Part shown: positions 21,846-34,861 of the stretch, in pieces
Layout of the letters: every line of letters starts with the position of its first letter
How positions within the stretch are numbered: the first letter of the stretch is position 1
Virus record (IMG/VR): IMGVR_UViG_3300042892_002922
Coordinates: 128,001-192,000 of that record
DNA length: 64,000 nucleotides
From: a virus
Taxonomy: Duplodnaviria > Caudoviricetes
Reading direction: 5' to 3' (one strand)
The notes under the pieces: generated by a model
The model's database searches: none
What the model saw: the letters and a program-made list of their open reading frames with translations, nothing else
Told to the model about the DNA's origin: nothing
Made by a program: the position numbers and the translations under genes

Positions 21846-22603
21846 TGAAAATTTTAAAAACAACTGATGATTTTTATTTAAACATTCCACAATCCGTTGA
21901 TTTCAAAACTAATGCTGGTTGGGAAGAAAACTTTGCTAGTTATGAAAAAGAAACGATGAAAAAAATTATCAATCAAGTTGATAACTACGAAACGACCAGA
22001 TACATACATGAACCATATTTAAATTCAGGAATCAATCAAAGCGATATTTGGTTTTACTTTTATTTTTTAGACGCTAATAATGGGTATTCAAATGGTTTAG
22101 ATTATAATCTAGTTGGTATATCTCCAGAAGAGAATGCTATGTTATTAGCACATACTGTTAAGAGTTTCTTCAGAATAGAATTTTATAGCACACCAAAAAA
22201 GGAAACACAAAAATTAATATTTGCCAAAACATTATCATTACCATTAGGTCAAAAAGTATTCTATACCTCTTTAGGTGACTATATCCATGTTCCAGTTTTT
22301 ACTGGTAACAATTACAGGAATAGTGAAAACATGTACTTCTTTTGGTTCCAAGATAATTCCGTTTATTCTGGTGACACTTTTTACATTTCAGCTAGATTTT
22401 TTAATGCTGAGGATGGTTCAATTTTAAGTTTTTCCAATAAAAATATTATTGGATCAGAATTAAATCAAGATGATGACTTGTATTATGAAGTGCAAACAGA
22501 TATGACAAATCATTCATATGTTATTTATGAGTATGATGGTTCAACTGGATCTAGAAAGGGTTTAAGAACAACACCAATAAATTTTTATGAAATACCAGAA
22601 TAA
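21845..22603 (+). CDS. Virion structural protein (baseplate region)
   Basis: TAATG overlap, aromatic beta-rich composition, operon context. Confidence 0.6.
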   Translation: MKILKTTDDFYLNIPQSVDFKTNAGWEENFASYEKETMKKIINQVDNYETTRYIHEPYLNSGINQSDIWFYFYFLDANNGYSNGLDYNLVGISPEENAMLLAHTVKSFFRIEFYSTPKKETQKLIFAKTLSLPLGQKVFYTSLGDYIHVPVFTGNNYRNSENMYFFWFQDNSVYSGDTFYISARFFNAEDGSILSFSNKNIIGSELNQDDDLYYEVQTDMTNHSYVIYEYDGSTGSRKGLRTTPINFYEIPE

Positions 22604-23518
22604 ATGAATAAAAATCAATTTCAAATATTACAAAATACCGGAAAAACATTCAATGTGCCAATATTTTTAGAGGCAGATTTGGACGAGATGGGGGTAATGG
22701 TGGAATTTGATGGCGAATTAGAACAAATTGAACAGCTATGCAATTTTACTTATTCTGGAAATGGTAATGCAATTACAGTTTATAATACCGGAAGCACAAA
22801 TAGGTTAAAAAAACTTGTTGAAGCCGAATTTACAGTTGATTGGGGTGACGGTGCATTGTTAACCGGATTTACATTACTATCAAATACATCACACACATAT
22901 ACTAGTAGCGGTGAAAAAACAATAACAATAACAATGGATAGCCCCTGGGGTGTTCAAGAGGTTGAAAAAACAATACAGGTACCTTTGGTTAGCGGGTATA
23001 CCGGCACAAATGCATTAGGAACACTAACGTTTGATGTACCATATACAAGCATTACTGGAGTTACACAAGATTATTTGAACGATTATGATTATGCTACCGG
23101 ACATACGGGTACCACCACTTTCTTAGGTGTTGGAACTAGTAGAGTAGACGAATTAAAATTATATGGTTCAGGAAATTCATACAGTGGAATTACAACCGGA
23201 ACAACAACAGTTGAAGGTGAAACATACGCATATACAGGATACACATTAGATGGATTACAATATAAAGATTTATCTGATGGTTCTACATATATTTCTGGGA
23301 ACACGGCGTCATTTCAAATAGAATCAACAATAAACGCAATGTTAACCAGAAATGAACATTTTTTAGGGTTTATTGATGATCCTGTGATATATTCTGACAT
23401 TTTTGTTGAAAGAGGAAAGCAGGGTGTTTGCGAATATAACTTAAGATTAGGTGAAGTTGACAGTTTAGGTGAGTTAGAAGTGTATGGAAATGGATTTTTT
23501 ACAGTAAGAAAACAATAA
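22604..23518 (+). CDS. Virion protein with a PKD-like domain
   Basis: FTVDWGDG...SHTYTSSGEKTITIT is a PKD signature. Confidence 0.65.
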   Translation: MNKNQFQILQNTGKTFNVPIFLEADLDEMGVMVEFDGELEQIEQLCNFTYSGNGNAITVYNTGSTNRLKKLVEAEFTVDWGDGALLTGFTLLSNTSHTYTSSGEKTITITMDSPWGVQEVEKTIQVPLVSGYTGTNALGTLTFDVPYTSITGVTQDYLNDYDYATGHTGTTTFLGVGTSRVDELKLYGSGNSYSGITTGTTTVEGETYAYTGYTLDGLQYKDLSDGSTYISGNTASFQIESTINAMLTRNEHFLGFIDDPVIYSDIFVERGKQGVCEYNLRLGEVDSLGELEVYGNGFFTVRKQ

Positions 23519-23542
23519 AAATTATATTTATTATTAAAACAC

Positions 23543-24448
23543 ATGGCAGTAGGATCATACGGAATAGTTAGACCAGCAGACGCATCACCAGAAGATGTTG
23601 AAATCATCTACCATTATGCGGCGACAAGGTCGACAGATTCCACCCCAATCTTGAAAAAATTATCTGCAACAGATATTTTAACTCCAGTATATCATAATGA
23701 TAGTACAGGTGCTTCAAATGGTGTTGAAGTTTTAGGTGGTATGTACAATCTAAAATTAGAATCATCAGATTTCACAGATATTGGAATATATACATTACAT
23801 ATTAGACCTAAACAAATTAGAACATTAATAGCTGATTGTGGGGTTTTAGCGTCATTACCATCAGTTAGAGGTATTATTGTAGATTTAGGTAATATTGAAA
23901 CAGAGGATAGAAACAAGTTCACACCTCAAGGTCTAATTGGTCACAGAATTGAATATCTAGATGCTAATCACAAAAAAGTTCCTAATTTTTACCGAATAGT
24001 GACTTCTTCATTTTATTGTGAGCCAATCACATCTAATTTAACAAACTCGTCACAAAAAGCGATTCGTTATAGATACATTGATTCTGCTAGTAATTTAATG
24101 TTTTTGACGGTGACACCATCATCGTCTCCAGCAAACAGACCGAATACAATACCTTTTATTGGTCAGCCAAACCAAGAAATAATCATTACAAATACATACT
24201 TTAACCCAACAACAATTGAGGTTGAAATGGTTGAACATGATGCATCGACATTAGCACTTGCTCTTTATGGTAATCAAACTAAAGCAATTAATAGTGGTAT
24301 ATACAGCATATACAATAAAGAAAATAATATATACAAACAATTTAATCTTTACGAAGTTAAAGACGAATTTAATGAAACATTATATGAAGTTCGTGAAGAG
24401 AGAACAACTATTGATGAATCTTTAAACTTTGATGATATTACAGAATAA
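23543..24448 (+). CDS. Virion structural protein (baseplate region)
   Basis: 301 aa ORF after TATTTAT, coupled to the next gene. Confidence 0.6.
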   Translation: MAVGSYGIVRPADASPEDVEIIYHYAATRSTDSTPILKKLSATDILTPVYHNDSTGASNGVEVLGGMYNLKLESSDFTDIGIYTLHIRPKQIRTLIADCGVLASLPSVRGIIVDLGNIETEDRNKFTPQGLIGHRIEYLDANHKKVPNFYRIVTSSFYCEPITSNLTNSSQKAIRYRYIDSASNLMFLTVTPSSSPANRPNTIPFIGQPNQEIIITNTYFNPTTIEVEMVEHDASTLALALYGNQTKAINSGIYSIYNKENNIYKQFNLYEVKDEFNETLYEVREERTTIDESLNFDDITE

Positions 24449-27400
24449 TGGCAAAATATAAGGTACCAAGTCAAGCAACGAGCGGAAATCAAACATTTTC
24501 CGACAGTATTATCGGTAGTCAAATTACCGATGGAACTAGTCAATTGACCAATACCAATTTTGCTTTAGATAAAATCATACCAGAAAAAGATTCAAAATCG
24601 TTTAAAACTGCGCCGTTTTCGGATTTTTTAACATTAGAAGATTTAAAAATTGAAACAGAATCACCAACAACTGTTACACAGTCAACAGGTGAAAAAAGAC
24701 CAATCAAATTTAATGATTCTAAAGCAGATGCCGGAAAATCATTATATGGTTCATTAAGAGAAAGATTTAGAGTTTCAACAGCTAGGATTATTAATAATTT
24801 CCCAGCAGCACTTTTAGCAGATAGTACATCACCTGTTGGTGTTAACAAAAACACCGCTGAAAATATTGTTTACAATATAATTACAAATAGAACTACGTTT
24901 ACATTACAAACATCATTAATGTATAACCCATTAGATGTTGTTTTGGTTGAACCGACAGTTGTTGTTACTGGAGAAACGACAAATAGTATAAGAAATTTAT
25001 ATTCAGCATATAAAAAATATGCCGTTGATGTTAACAACACAACTTATACTGTAACAAAATATACGGAGCCAGATGTTAATAATGTTGTTGGGTTCGAAGT
25101 TATTGGTAAGCCATTTACTGGTTCAACATATACAAGTTCATATTTAATTCGCCCAAATAATGGCGTTGTCGAAGAGTTTTATATAGGGTTAGACGATTTA
25201 GAACAAACAATTTTAAATAGAGAAACACTACCAATATATAAGACAACGTTTCAAATACCTAGAGATACTTCCGGCGGAACAAAAACCGAAATTATTCCAG
25301 TTGAAGTTAATTGGCCAGTATCTAAAGACGGTTGGAATATTAGAATTGTTGGTTTAGAATACCAAAACTATATTGACACTGTTAACTCAATTGCGATTGA
25401 GGTAGATGAGTACAAATCTGATTTAATAATTAGATTTCTATCATCACCACAATTATTTGAATTTGATACAGATGACCAAAAAACCAATAAAATTTTCCAA
25501 TTATATGGTCAAAATTTTGATAAGGTTAAAAAATATATTGACAACATTGCATACATGCGTAATGTTAGTTATGATACCATCAATAACATACCAGATGTAT
25601 TCTTAAAAAACTTAGCAAACACGTTAGGTTTTAATACAATTAATATGTTTGATGAGAAAACATTACAAGATCAAATATATAACGCTTCAATTCAAACATA
25701 CGACGGGGTTTCAATAGGTAAAAACTTAGTTGAAGCAGAACTTGAATTTTATAGAAGAATTGTTGTTAACCTAGCACATATCTATAAATCTAAAGGTACT
25801 AGAAGTAGTTTAGATTTCTTTTTAAGGTTTATAGGTGCACCACCACAAATGGTAAAAATTGATGAGTTCGTTTATAACGTTGAATCAAGTTTACCTAGTT
25901 CAACAATTGAGCAAGATATCTTTGATGTTATGCAAGGCAACAAAGTCAATAAAACGTTAACCTTTAACACTACTGGTTACACATATGACATTGTTGAAGA
26001 AACGGCATCAACATCATTTAGTTCTAGAACCGATTTCCCTGTTGATGAAAATACTGGGTTACCAATATCACCAACAACAAATGATGAGAACGTGTTCTTC
26101 CAAATGGGTTCTGGTTGGTATGAGGAAACATTAGACCATAGATCATATGATGTTTTAGATGAAGCTAATTCAATTACAACAGGTAGAACTAAAACATTAA
26201 AAACCAAATCTAGAGAATTCACATATGGTGAGGACTTCTACAATTATTATAGAACATTACCAGGATTAGATTACGGTTATGAATTAAGAAGTAGTATTGA
26301 TAATGTTAAAGGACAAATAGTCGACGATTTAGATGCAACTAATTTAATATTAAATAGAAAAAATATAAACGTTTTCGTATCATCTTCAAAAGCAATTGAT
26401 TATGATATTTGGAGAAAATCACAAAACTTAACATTATCTTTTGGCACACTAGATGTTCAAACCGAGATTAGTTTTGCTGAGTATCTTGATAACGTATTAA
26501 AAAATCATATTAGAAATTCTCATGTAATAAAATACAAAAAGAATTACATCGCATTAGAAGAAATCTATCGTGAATACATTTCACATTCTGGTTTTACATC
26601 ATACGATTTTGTTAGTGTTTATGAATTTGTTGACAAGATGGGTCCTTATTGGCCTAACATCTTAAATCAAATTATTCCAGCAACAACTTTATGGTTAGGT
26701 GGTAACTTAACAGAGAATAATGTTTTCGGTAGACCAAAATATCAATACGTTAAACCATGTACCCCAACAGAGTTTGTTGATAATTTATATCCTGAATTTG
26801 AAACAGCTATTGAAGAGGATTTAGAAACTTTAATCGGTACTGAATCAAATTTAAGAGGTTTATTAAAACTTACGGGGGTAACATACCATTTAATTGTTGA
26901 CGTTGACGGAGTAGAATATACTGGAGACACTAAAGTTAATTTAACCGGTACCACACTATTTGATCAATTCACACCAAAAACTGGTTGCACTTCATTTGTG
27001 TCTGGAACATCTTATGCTCCACTTATTTGTGACTTTAAAGAATGGATTGGTTTAGATATTTCGACCATAAAAGTTTCTTGGAAAAATGCTTTATCAGATT
27101 TAATTGACCAGATTAATACAACACACACAAGAGATAGTGCAGGATGTATAACTGATTATATACCATATAGTGCAATTACATCAGGAGCAACATGTAATGT
27201 TGATTTACCAATATTATCTCATGAGTTTTTTGTTGACACTGACGGTATTGAAAAAGTTAAATTCTTTTCACAAAAAAACGCTGATGGTGTTTGTACAAAA
27301 CAAATTGATTTCTTCTTCTCTTCAGAATTTTTATATGAAGAGCCACCATGCATGCAAGTTTATGTTTCAACACCTTGCGACATATATGAAGAAGGTACCG

Positions 27401-30400
27401 AAGATTGTCGACTTAAAAGTGATGTTTACATTACAATTAGCGGAGCCACTAGAAATCAAGACGATGTAACTTCTTGGCCGGTTAACATATTTTATGATTG
27501 CGGAGAAAATGCCGAGAATTTCAACGAGAATATTAGTGGTTTAGAAATTCAACAAATTATTGGTGAGCCATGTATGTTTATCATACCAGACGTTTACGAA
27601 GATGGGGATATTGATGGTAATCCAATTGAATTATTATTTACAGACGCAGCAAACTGCGAACAAAAAATAAAAATTGAAGGTCTACAACTTAAAGTAGAGC
27701 ACGATCCATATCCACTAGGATATGGTAGATCACATACACAATTCTTTGAGTTAATTGGTACAAAAGACGCTTTAGTTTTATCAACAATGTCAGGTGTTAC
27801 TTTTTGTGACAACTACACTGGTTACACAATACAACCAAAAGTTCAATATCGCGAAACATTTAATTATGGTATTAAGCACGGGTCAATTGTGTTATCAGGT
27901 GCAACTGGTTTGATAAATGTTTCAGATAAATCAGCAGTTGACGCTGCGATTACCGCTGGTACCTTGATTAAAACTGAAATAGAAAATATAAGACCCGGTG
28001 ATTATATATTATCCGCAGATTTTAATCCATGCCCATTTGCCACAACAGATTTTAGAAACGTGGCAACAAATGGATACTCATTTAGTTTTACATATAAACT
28101 AATTCAAATAACAAATAAAGATTGTTTGGGTTCAGTTAAGAAGCATTTAATTAACAACCAATTTGAAGTTTTACCAACAACAGAATTAAGAATTTTGCGT
28201 GATGGTAATTTCACAAGTGCGTTTCCAGAAGATTTATTATTAAAAGAAACACCACCAGAAGAACCTTGTTGTGATGTTAATGCATCATATTATGACGGAT
28301 ACGCTGGGGATATGTTATTAGATCAGCTTGGTTTCCCAATTGAAGTTGAAACTGTTGAATTAGATTATTGCTCAAGAAGTATATTCTATCACTTGAACTG
28401 GAACGGTACAGGTGATGTGGTTCTTTTTAATGGTGACAATAACAAACAAATCTTATTATCATTCACACAAAATAAATTTGTTTCATTAAACTTTGATTTA
28501 GAACAATTATATGTAAATGGTTCTAACACAAACTATTTCCCTAGAGAAATGGGTATTGAGGATTGTGATAACACACCAGTTGTTGAATGTGGTGAAGTGT
28601 ATGTTGCACAAACAAGAACACCTACACCTACACCTACATTAACACCTACGGTAACACCAACAAAGACGCCAACAAGTACACCAACAAGTACGCCTACTCA
28701 AACTTTAACTAGCACACCAACTAGTACACCAACTAATACACCTACACTAGGTGTTACAAATACACCAACACAAACTGTAACTAGTACACCAACTAATACG
28801 CCTACGTTAACGTTAACGTCTACACCTACTTTAACACCAACTTTAACACCAACAAATACACCAACGTTAACCTTAACCGCTACACAAACACCTACGGCAA
28901 CAATTGAGTGTGATTTTAGTATTCAATATGTTGTAAATACTCCAACACCAACACCTACATCAACACAAACATTAACACCAACTAATACGCCTACGTTAAC
29001 GTTAACGTCTACACCAACCAATACCCCAACATTAACACCAACAGCGACTGTTGATTGTGATTTCGCAATTCAATACGTTGTTAATACACCAACGCCTACA
29101 CCAACTCAAACTTTAACTCAAACTCCGACGTTAACAGAAACGCCTACGAATACCCCAACATTAACGTTGACTAGTACACCTACAGAGACACCAACTCAAA
29201 CACCTACGTTAACACCTACGGCAACAATTGAGTGTGACTTTAGTATTCAATATGTTGTAAATACTCCAACACCAACACCTACACAAACCTTAACAACAAC
29301 ACCTACACAAACCCCAACTAATACTCCAACGGCAACCGTTGATTGTAATTTTGATTTTGATGTAATTGTTAACACACCAACACCTACACCGACTAGCACC
29401 CCAACTAATACTCCAACGTTAACACCAACTGAAACACCAACTAGCACTCCGACCAATACTCCGACTTTAACACCAACAGAGACACCTACATTAACACCGA
29501 CAGAGACGCCTACATTAACACCGACAGAGACGCCTACATTAACACCGACAGAGACACCTACATTAACACCAACACCGACTGTTGATTGTGATTTCGCAAT
29601 TCAATACGTTGTTAATACACCAACGCCTACACCTACACCAACTTTAACTGAAACTCCAACAAATACACCTACGTTAACCCCAACGGCTACTGTAGATTGT
29701 GCTTTTGATTTCGATGTAATTGTTAACACACCAACACCTACACCAACTAGCACCCCAACTAATACACCAACGTTAACTCCAACAGAGACACCGACTGAAA
29801 CGCCAACTAACACACCAACAGAGACACCAACAGAGACACCAACAGAGACACCTACTAATACGCCAACGTTAACACCTACACCGACTGTTGATTGTGACTT
29901 TAGTATACAATATATTGTTAATGACCCAACACCTACACCTACACCAACATTAACAGAAACACCGACTAATACACCTACAGAGACGCCAACATCAACACCT
30001 ACTGAAACACCTACATTAACCCCAACTAATACACCTACAGTAACTGTTGATTGTACTTTTGATTTTAATGTAATTGTTAATACCCCAACACCGACTCCAA
30101 CATCTACACCAACTAATACACCAACGTTAACTCCAACAGAGACACCGACTGAAACACCAACTAGTACTCCTACGTTAACGCCAACAGAGACACCTACTGA
30201 AACACCAACTAACACTCCGACACTAACGCCTACGCCAACAATTGATTGTGATTTCGCGATTCAATATATTGTTAACGACCCAACACCTACGCCTACATCA
30301 ACTCAAACGTTAACACCAACATTAACTGCAACACCAACTAATACACCTACATTAACATTAACGTCTACCCCAACGCCTACATTAGATTGTACATTTGAGG

Positions 30401-31152
30401 CATCATTCACTGAAATGATTGATGAAACACCAGGTGAAGGTGCACCGTGTTCTTCAGGTATGGATGTGGTATTCTTAGTTGATTATACAGGAAGTATGGG
30501 TAGCGCTATTAATGGAGTTAAATCATCAATTGCATCAATTGCAAGTACAATTCAAACAGAATCTAATAATAATTACAGATTAGGATTGGTTATTTTTGAT
30601 GAATATGGTGCGAGCAGTAATCCAAACTACAATAATGATTCAGGTTATTCATCATTACCTAGTGGTCAAAAATATATTAATATAAATTCCGTAGCAAATA
30701 GAAAACAAGTAATTACTGCAATGGAAAAAATGAGTACAAATAATATTTCGTCATTTACTACTCAATTAAATAAAATAAACAATGGAACATTTAGTATTGG
30801 TTCTGGGGGAGGTTCTCCCGAACCTAGTGATATGGGTGTTGATTTAGTTGCAACAAGTGATAAATCGGGGTATGAATATTTTGCCGGCACATTTAGAAGT
30901 AATGTATCTAAATTAATAATTTTAATTACAGACGCTCAACCAGGTGGTGACGATGACGCTTACAGTGCTACCGATGTTACATATGTTAATAGTTTAATAA
31001 CACCATTGTATAATCAAAATATTAAAGTGTTATTAATGACAACGGCACCTAATAACGTATTATATGACTTGGCAACTGGTACAAATGGTGCAACATATAG
31101 TGGATTTAGTGGGGCAAACATAATAACAGCAATACAAAACATATGTCCTTAA
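24448..31152 (+). CDS. Giant baseplate-anchored adhesin: wedge (P2 gpI/gp7-like) region, Thr/Pro-repeat stalk and C-terminal vWA domain
   Basis: [20 protein letters not shown] wedge motif, about 590 aa of TPT repeats, and [12 protein letters not shown] plus [10 protein letters not shown] vWA/MIDAS motifs. Confidence 0.75.
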   Translation: MAKYKVPSQATSGNQTFSDSIIGSQITDGTSQLTNTNFALDKIIPEKDSKSFKTAPFSDFLTLEDLKIETESPTTVTQSTGEKRPIKFNDSKADAGKSLYGSLRERFRVSTARIINNFPAALLADSTSPVGVNKNTAENIVYNIITNRTTFTLQTSLMYNPLDVVLVEPTVVVTGETTNSIRNLYSAYKKYAVDVNNTTYTVTKYTEPDVNNVVGFEVIGKPFTGSTYTSSYLIRPNNGVVEEFYIGLDDLEQTILNRETLPIYKTTFQIPRDTSGGTKTEIIPVEVNWPVSKDGWNIRIVGLEYQNYIDTVNSIAIEVDEYKSDLIIRFLSSPQLFEFDTDDQKTNKIFQLYGQNFDKVKKYIDNIAYMRNVSYDTINNIPDVFLKNLANTLGFNTINMFDEKTLQDQIYNASIQTYDGVSIGKNLVEAELEFYRRIVVNLAHIYKSKGTRSSLDFFLRFIGAPPQMVKIDEFVYNVESSLPSSTIEQDIFDVMQGNKVNKTLTFNTTGYTYDIVEETASTSFSSRTDFPVDENTGLPISPTTNDENVFFQMGSGWYEETLDHRSYDVLDEANSITTGRTKTLKTKSREFTYGEDFYNYYRTLPGLDYGYELRSSIDNVKGQIVDDLDATNLILNRKNINVFVSSSKAIDYDIWRKSQNLTLSFGTLDVQTEISFAEYLDNVLKNHIRNSHVIKYKKNYIALEEIYREYISHSGFTSYDFVSVYEFVDKMGPYWPNILNQIIPATTLWLGGNLTENNVFGRPKYQYVKPCTPTEFVDNLYPEFETAIEEDLETLIGTESNLRGLLKLTGVTYHLIVDVDGVEYTGDTKVNLTGTTLFDQFTPKTGCTSFVSGTSYAPLICDFKEWIGLDISTIKVSWKNALSDLIDQINTTHTRDSAGCITDYIPYSAITSGATCNVDLPILSHEFFVDTDGIEKVKFFSQKNADGVCTKQIDFFFSSEFLYEEPPCMQVYVSTPCDIYEEGTEDCRLKSDVYITISGATRNQDDVTSWPVNIFYDCGENAENFNENISGLEIQQIIGEPCMFIIPDVYEDGDIDGNPIELLFTDAANCEQKIKIEGLQLKVEHDPYPLGYGRSHTQFFELIGTKDALVLSTMSGVTFCDNYTGYTIQPKVQYRETFNYGIKHGSIVLSGATGLINVSDKSAVDAAITAGTLIKTEIENIRPGDYILSADFNPCPFATTDFRNVATNGYSFSFTYKLIQITNKDCLGSVKKHLINNQFEVLPTTELRILRDGNFTSAFPEDLLLKETPPEEPCCDVNASYYDGYAGDMLLDQLGFPIEVETVELDYCSRSIFYHLNWNGTGDVVLFNGDNNKQILLSFTQNKFVSLNFDLEQLYVNGSNTNYFPREMGIEDCDNTPVVECGEVYVAQTRTPTPTPTLTPTVTPTKTPTSTPTSTPTQTLTSTPTSTPTNTPTLGVTNTPTQTVTSTPTNTPTLTLTSTPTLTPTLTPTNTPTLTLTATQTPTATIECDFSIQYVVNTPTPTPTSTQTLTPTNTPTLTLTSTPTNTPTLTPTATVDCDFAIQYVVNTPTPTPTQTLTQTPTLTETPTNTPTLTLTSTPTETPTQTPTLTPTATIECDFSIQYVVNTPTPTPTQTLTTTPTQTPTNTPTATVDCNFDFDVIVNTPTPTPTSTPTNTPTLTPTETPTSTPTNTPTLTPTETPTLTPTETPTLTPTETPTLTPTETPTLTPTPTVDCDFAIQYVVNTPTPTPTPTLTETPTNTPTLTPTATVDCAFDFDVIVNTPTPTPTSTPTNTPTLTPTETPTETPTNTPTETPTETPTETPTNTPTLTPTPTVDCDFSIQYIVNDPTPTPTPTLTETPTNTPTETPTSTPTETPTLTPTNTPTVTVDCTFDFNVIVNTPTPTPTSTPTNTPTLTPTETPTETPTSTPTLTPTETPTETPTNTPTLTPTPTIDCDFAIQYIVNDPTPTPTSTQTLTPTLTATPTNTPTLTLTSTPTPTLDCTFEASFTEMIDETPGEGAPCSSGMDVVFLVDYTGSMGSAINGVKSSIASIASTIQTESNNNYRLGLVIFDEYGASSNPNYNNDSGYSSLPSGQKYININSVANRKQVITAMEKMSTNNISSFTTQLNKINNGTFSIGSGGGSPEPSDMGVDLVATSDKSGYEYFAGTFRSNVSKLIILITDAQPGGDDDAYSATDVTYVNSLITPLYNQNIKVLLMTTAPNNVLYDLATGTNGATYSGFSGANIITAIQNICP
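28615..30390 (+). repeat. Coding low-complexity (ACN-CCN) Thr/Pro repeat tract with 10 interspersed Cys modules
   Basis: Direct reading: TPT repeats separated by [IV][DE]C[DN]F[SA]IQY[VI]VN or VDCxFDFxVIVN modules. Confidence 0.95.
29476..29571 (+). repeat. Near-perfect 24 bp tandem repeat x4 (TETPTLTP)
   Basis: ACAGAGACRCCTACATTAACACCR repeated four times. Confidence 0.9.
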
Positions 31153-31165
31153 TATAGAATAAAAA

Positions 31166-33088
31166 ATGGCAAAAAAATATCACATATTAATAACAGGAGG
31201 CACTTCACAAGGACCGTATACGGTATATTATGATAGTGTAAATGTTTCTAATATTGCAACTTTATTTTCAAATAGTAATCCTGCTACGAATTTATCATAT
31301 AGTGATTTAACGACTAGTCCAGGAGTTTTAGTGTCGATGCCAGATTCTATTACAACAATAATTTTATATAACGATAGTTGTAATTCGGACATTACTTATA
31401 TTTTACCTACACCAATCCCAACACAAACACCAACTAATACACCTACAGAGACCCCAACAGCAACACCTACACCAACATTAACAGAAACACCGACAGCGAC
31501 ACCTACACCTACATTAACAGAAACACCGACAAACACACCTACGTTAACACCTACAGCAACAATTGATTGTGACTTTAGCATTCAATACGTTGTTAATACT
31601 GCAACACCAACACCTACACCTACACCTACATTAACACCTACGAATACGCCTACATTAACGTTGACAAGCACACCTACAGAGACGCCAACATCAACACCTA
31701 CTGAAACACCTACGTTAACCCCGACTGAAACACCTACGAATACGCCTACATTAACGTTGACAAGCACACCTACTAATACCCCAACTATTGATTGTAATTT
31801 TGCAATTCAATACGTTGTTAATACTGCAACACCAACACCAACTCCGACACCAACGTTAACACCTACGAATACACCTACATTAACGTTGACAAGTACACCT
31901 ACGGAAACACCAACAAACACACCTACAAACACACCTACATTAACCGCAACTAATACACCAACATTAACACCTACGCTAACACCTACGTTAACACCTACGG
32001 AAACACCAACAAACACACCAACATTAACTTTAACTAGTACACCTACTAATACACCAACTATTGACTGTAATTTCGCAATTCAATATGTTGTTAACACACC
32101 TACACCAACTCCGACACAAACTTTAACAGCTACACCAACATTAACACCTACTAATACTAATACACCTACTCAAACTTTAACTAGTACACCTACATTAACT
32201 GCAACTAATACACCAACATTAACATCAACTAATACACCTACGTTAACGTTGACAAACACGCCTACATTAACATCAACACCTACTAACACACCAACACAAA
32301 CTTTAACTAGTACACCTACTAATACACCAACTATTGACTGTAATTTCGCAATTCAATATGTTGTTAACACACCTACACCAACTCCGACACCAACATTAAC
32401 TGCAACAAGTACACCTACATTAACCGCAACTAATACACCAACATTAACTGCAACAAGTACACCTACATTAACTGCAACTAATACACCTACGTTAACATCA
32501 ACGCCTACTAACACACCAACACAAACATCAACAAACACACCTACATTAACCGCAACAAACACGCCTACACAAACATCAACAAGTACACCTACATTAACAG
32601 CGACAAACACACCTACGTTAACATCAACACCTACTAATACGCCAACGTTAACCTTAACGTCAACGCCAACACCTACACCAACAACAACAGCTTATCTAGG
32701 TTATTACAACTGTGGATACGGTTGTGAATATTACTCAACACCACCAGTTGGATGTATTGAGTGTAATCCAAACGCAACAGATGTTGTAATTAGTGCTTGT
32801 GTAATGGCTGGTGGTAATAATAGTACAACGGTACAAGTAAATTCCGATGTTTCGGTGAACACAAATGTTACCGTTGATGTGAGAATAATTGGTGATTTAG
32901 GTACTGATACCGCGCATACTATAACAATACTTAATGGTTATTTTTGTGCTAGTACTGTAAATGGACCAGCTTTACAAAATTATGAAATCATAACCGATGC
33001 TTGGATTATGGACGTAAACCCAGCATCAAACGGTTCACAAAACTACATAATTGGATTAGTTGCATTAAATAGTTGTTTTGGATGCTAA
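31166..33088 (+). CDS. Thr/Pro-repeat virion appendage protein with a Cys-rich C-terminal domain
   Basis: About 430 aa of TPT repeats with 4 IDC[DN]F[SA]IQYVVN modules, and a C-terminus containing YYNCGYGC and CIEC. Confidence 0.75.
   Translation: MAKKYHILITGGTSQGPYTVYYDSVNVSNIATLFSNSNPATNLSYSDLTTSPGVLVSMPDSITTIILYNDSCNSDITYILPTPIPTQTPTNTPTETPTATPTPTLTETPTATPTPTLTETPTNTPTLTPTATIDCDFSIQYVVNTATPTPTPTPTLTPTNTPTLTLTSTPTETPTSTPTETPTLTPTETPTNTPTLTLTSTPTNTPTIDCNFAIQYVVNTATPTPTPTPTLTPTNTPTLTLTSTPTETPTNTPTNTPTLTATNTPTLTPTLTPTLTPTETPTNTPTLTLTSTPTNTPTIDCNFAIQYVVNTPTPTPTQTLTATPTLTPTNTNTPTQTLTSTPTLTATNTPTLTSTNTPTLTLTNTPTLTSTPTNTPTQTLTSTPTNTPTIDCNFAIQYVVNTPTPTPTPTLTATSTPTLTATNTPTLTATSTPTLTATNTPTLTSTPTNTPTQTSTNTPTLTATNTPTQTSTSTPTLTATNTPTLTSTPTNTPTLTLTSTPTPTPTTTAYLGYYNCGYGCEYYSTPPVGCIECNPNATDVVISACVMAGGNNSTTVQVNSDVSVNTNVTVDVRIIGDLGTDTAHTITILNGYFCASTVNGPALQNYEIITDAWIMDVNPASNGSQNYIIGLVALNSCFGC
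31405..32690 (+). repeat. Coding Thr/Pro repeat tract
   Basis: Direct reading of the sequence. Confidence 0.95.
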
Positions 33089-33134
33089 ACCTTTAGAATA
33101 ATTTGAAATAATAGTATATTTATAGTAGACAAAT

Positions 33135-34229
33135 ATGGCATACGTAACAATAACATTAGCGGCTGGATCTTCCACAAATAGTGGGCCTTTTGATATAATT
33201 GGCACACCTGGGAACGCTTTATTATTTTCTACTCAATCGTATAACGACCTATCAACCGGTCAAGTATATGATATTGATATGGGGATATATACTGGTATTA
33301 CTTTAACTAGTTCGGGTACTTGTAATAATAGTGTTGGACCATATACATTTGATAGTGGACCTGTTTGCTTGTGTGATGAGGGATATACGGTGACAAATGA
33401 TGGTTTAGGTTGTTATAAAGTAACAATAACAAGTGCAACGTCAGTAGACACAAAACAACCAGGAACTGGCGCCGCTAACGGTGCTTATGGCGATTTTGGT
33501 GTTTTGATATACAATGTTAGTGATTTCAATTTAAATGGTAGTTCAACTAGTGGTAATTACGCATATAACGGTAGCTATTTTGGAACTAACGCTAGTATGA
33601 CAGTTAGTGAATTATTCTGGGCTAATAGAATGAATTATAACGGAGTTTGGGTTAGTGGAAACCCAAATTATGTTGGCACACTTAGTTTTTGTACAACAAT
33701 AAATGTTGCAACAACCAAGGTTTATTATATAGGCATTGCTGGTGATAATGAGATTATGATTAAAGTTAATGGAACAACAATAGTAGACCAACCAGCAGGT
33801 GGAACGACAGTTGGCGGATCTACAACTGCGTCAAACAACTTTAAATATTGGCACGTTTATCCATATGTGTTAAACGCTGGGCCAAATATTGTTGAATTAT
33901 CAAACTATAATGCTGGTTCTGTTGGAGATTACGCAGCGGAAATATATGACAACACATTGGCACAATTAACTGGTGCAACTTCAGCAAGTAGTTTAAATAT
34001 AATATTCTCAACTGGTGATTATTTACCAGCTAGGGCGATATCTGGTGTAACAACAGCTGCTTCGGCGGGCTCCGTTCAATTTATTGAAAACGTAGGCGCT
34101 GGTTCAAAATACGGACAAGGTTTCTGTACTAATTATAGTTGCGCAAGTGGATATGTTTTAGATACATCTGATCCAGAAACGCCAACTTGTAAATTAATAG
34201 AATACGCAGTGTGTATTAATTTAACATAA
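33135..34229 (+). CDS. Putative adhesin with EGF-like Cys motifs flanking a PA14-like lectin domain
   Basis: CLCDEGYTVTNDGLGC, YYIGIAGDNEIMIKVNG...LNAGPNIVEL and CTNYSCASGYVLD...PTC motifs. Has its own TATTTAT. Confidence 0.55.
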   Translation: MAYVTITLAAGSSTNSGPFDIIGTPGNALLFSTQSYNDLSTGQVYDIDMGIYTGITLTSSGTCNNSVGPYTFDSGPVCLCDEGYTVTNDGLGCYKVTITSATSVDTKQPGTGAANGAYGDFGVLIYNVSDFNLNGSSTSGNYAYNGSYFGTNASMTVSELFWANRMNYNGVWVSGNPNYVGTLSFCTTINVATTKVYYIGIAGDNEIMIKVNGTTIVDQPAGGTTVGGSTTASNNFKYWHVYPYVLNAGPNIVELSNYNAGSVGDYAAEIYDNTLAQLTGATSASSLNIIFSTGDYLPARAISGVTTAASAGSVQFIENVGAGSKYGQGFCTNYSCASGYVLDTSDPETPTCKLIEYAVCINLT

Positions 34230-34260
34230 AATATAAAATATAAAATATAAAATATAAAAC

Positions 34261-34779
34261 ATGGACATAACAATTAGTTTTTCAACAACACCATCATTAT
34301 CTGTGGGACCTTTTACGGTTACCGTTAGAGATAGTGGTAATACCGCAACACAAACATTTTTAAATGTTACTAGAGCAACAATATTAAGTGGATATTTGAT
34401 TCAAAATATAACTTCTTTAGACGAATCTATTAGAGTAGAAAGTTCTGGAACTTGTAGCACATTAGATACAGTGGACATTAGTTCGGTAACTGGTGGTGGC
34501 GGTGGCGGCGGTGGCGGCGAACACACATCAAATAGCGTATTCTATTATGGTACATCAGATATAAATGCTTGTAACACAGGAACCGCATTACCTGTAACAG
34601 TATTCTACGACGGTCTTTTAAGTTCATTAATGTCAGGAGATTATCTATATGAAGACCAAACTGGTACACCATTAACTTCGGGTTACTATTTCAACGATGG
34701 TTTAACATTTGGATTATTTAATGTTGCGGCAGGAGGCATGATTTCAACAATAAGTGATTGTAGCGGTAGTGCCCCATAA
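34261..34779 (+). CDS. Small virion appendage protein with a poly-Gly hinge
   Basis: N-terminal module shared with its neighbours (VGPFTV...SSGTC) and a 9-Gly linker. Confidence 0.6.
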   Translation: MDITISFSTTPSLSVGPFTVTVRDSGNTATQTFLNVTRATILSGYLIQNITSLDESIRVESSGTCSTLDTVDISSVTGGGGGGGGGEHTSNSVFYYGTSDINACNTGTALPVTVFYDGLLSSLMSGDYLYEDQTGTPLTSGYYFNDGLTFGLFNVAAGGMISTISDCSGSAP

Positions 34780-34800
34780 TCTTTTGACTTATAACTGATT

Positions 34801-34828
34801 AAAACCCCTTTATTTTAAGGGGTTTTTT
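34801..34828 (+). terminator. Rho-independent terminator
   Basis: AAAACCCCTT...AAGGGGTTTT stem followed by a T tract. Confidence 0.8.
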
Positions 34829-34861
34829 ATTTAAATTATATGTAAAGGTATTTATACTATT

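Noticed and set aside
29247-32610. Minus-strand Val/Gly-rich ORFs in the track
   Set aside because: They are shadows of the ACN-CCN Thr/Pro repeats on the + strand and have no promoters or start context.
28615-32690. Repeat tracts as a CRISPR array or diversity-generating retroelement
   Set aside because: The repeats are in-frame coding, with no constant repeat and unique spacer pattern, no adenine-specific template/variable pair, and no reverse transcriptase in the window.
34230-34260. Short TATAAA(A) tandem repeats as an origin or iteron set
   Set aside because: Only about 30 nt of A/T low complexity in a gene spacer, most simply slippage in an AT-rich leader.
34492-34518. GC-rich GGC/GGT run as foreign DNA
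   Set aside because: It encodes an in-frame poly-Gly hinge.
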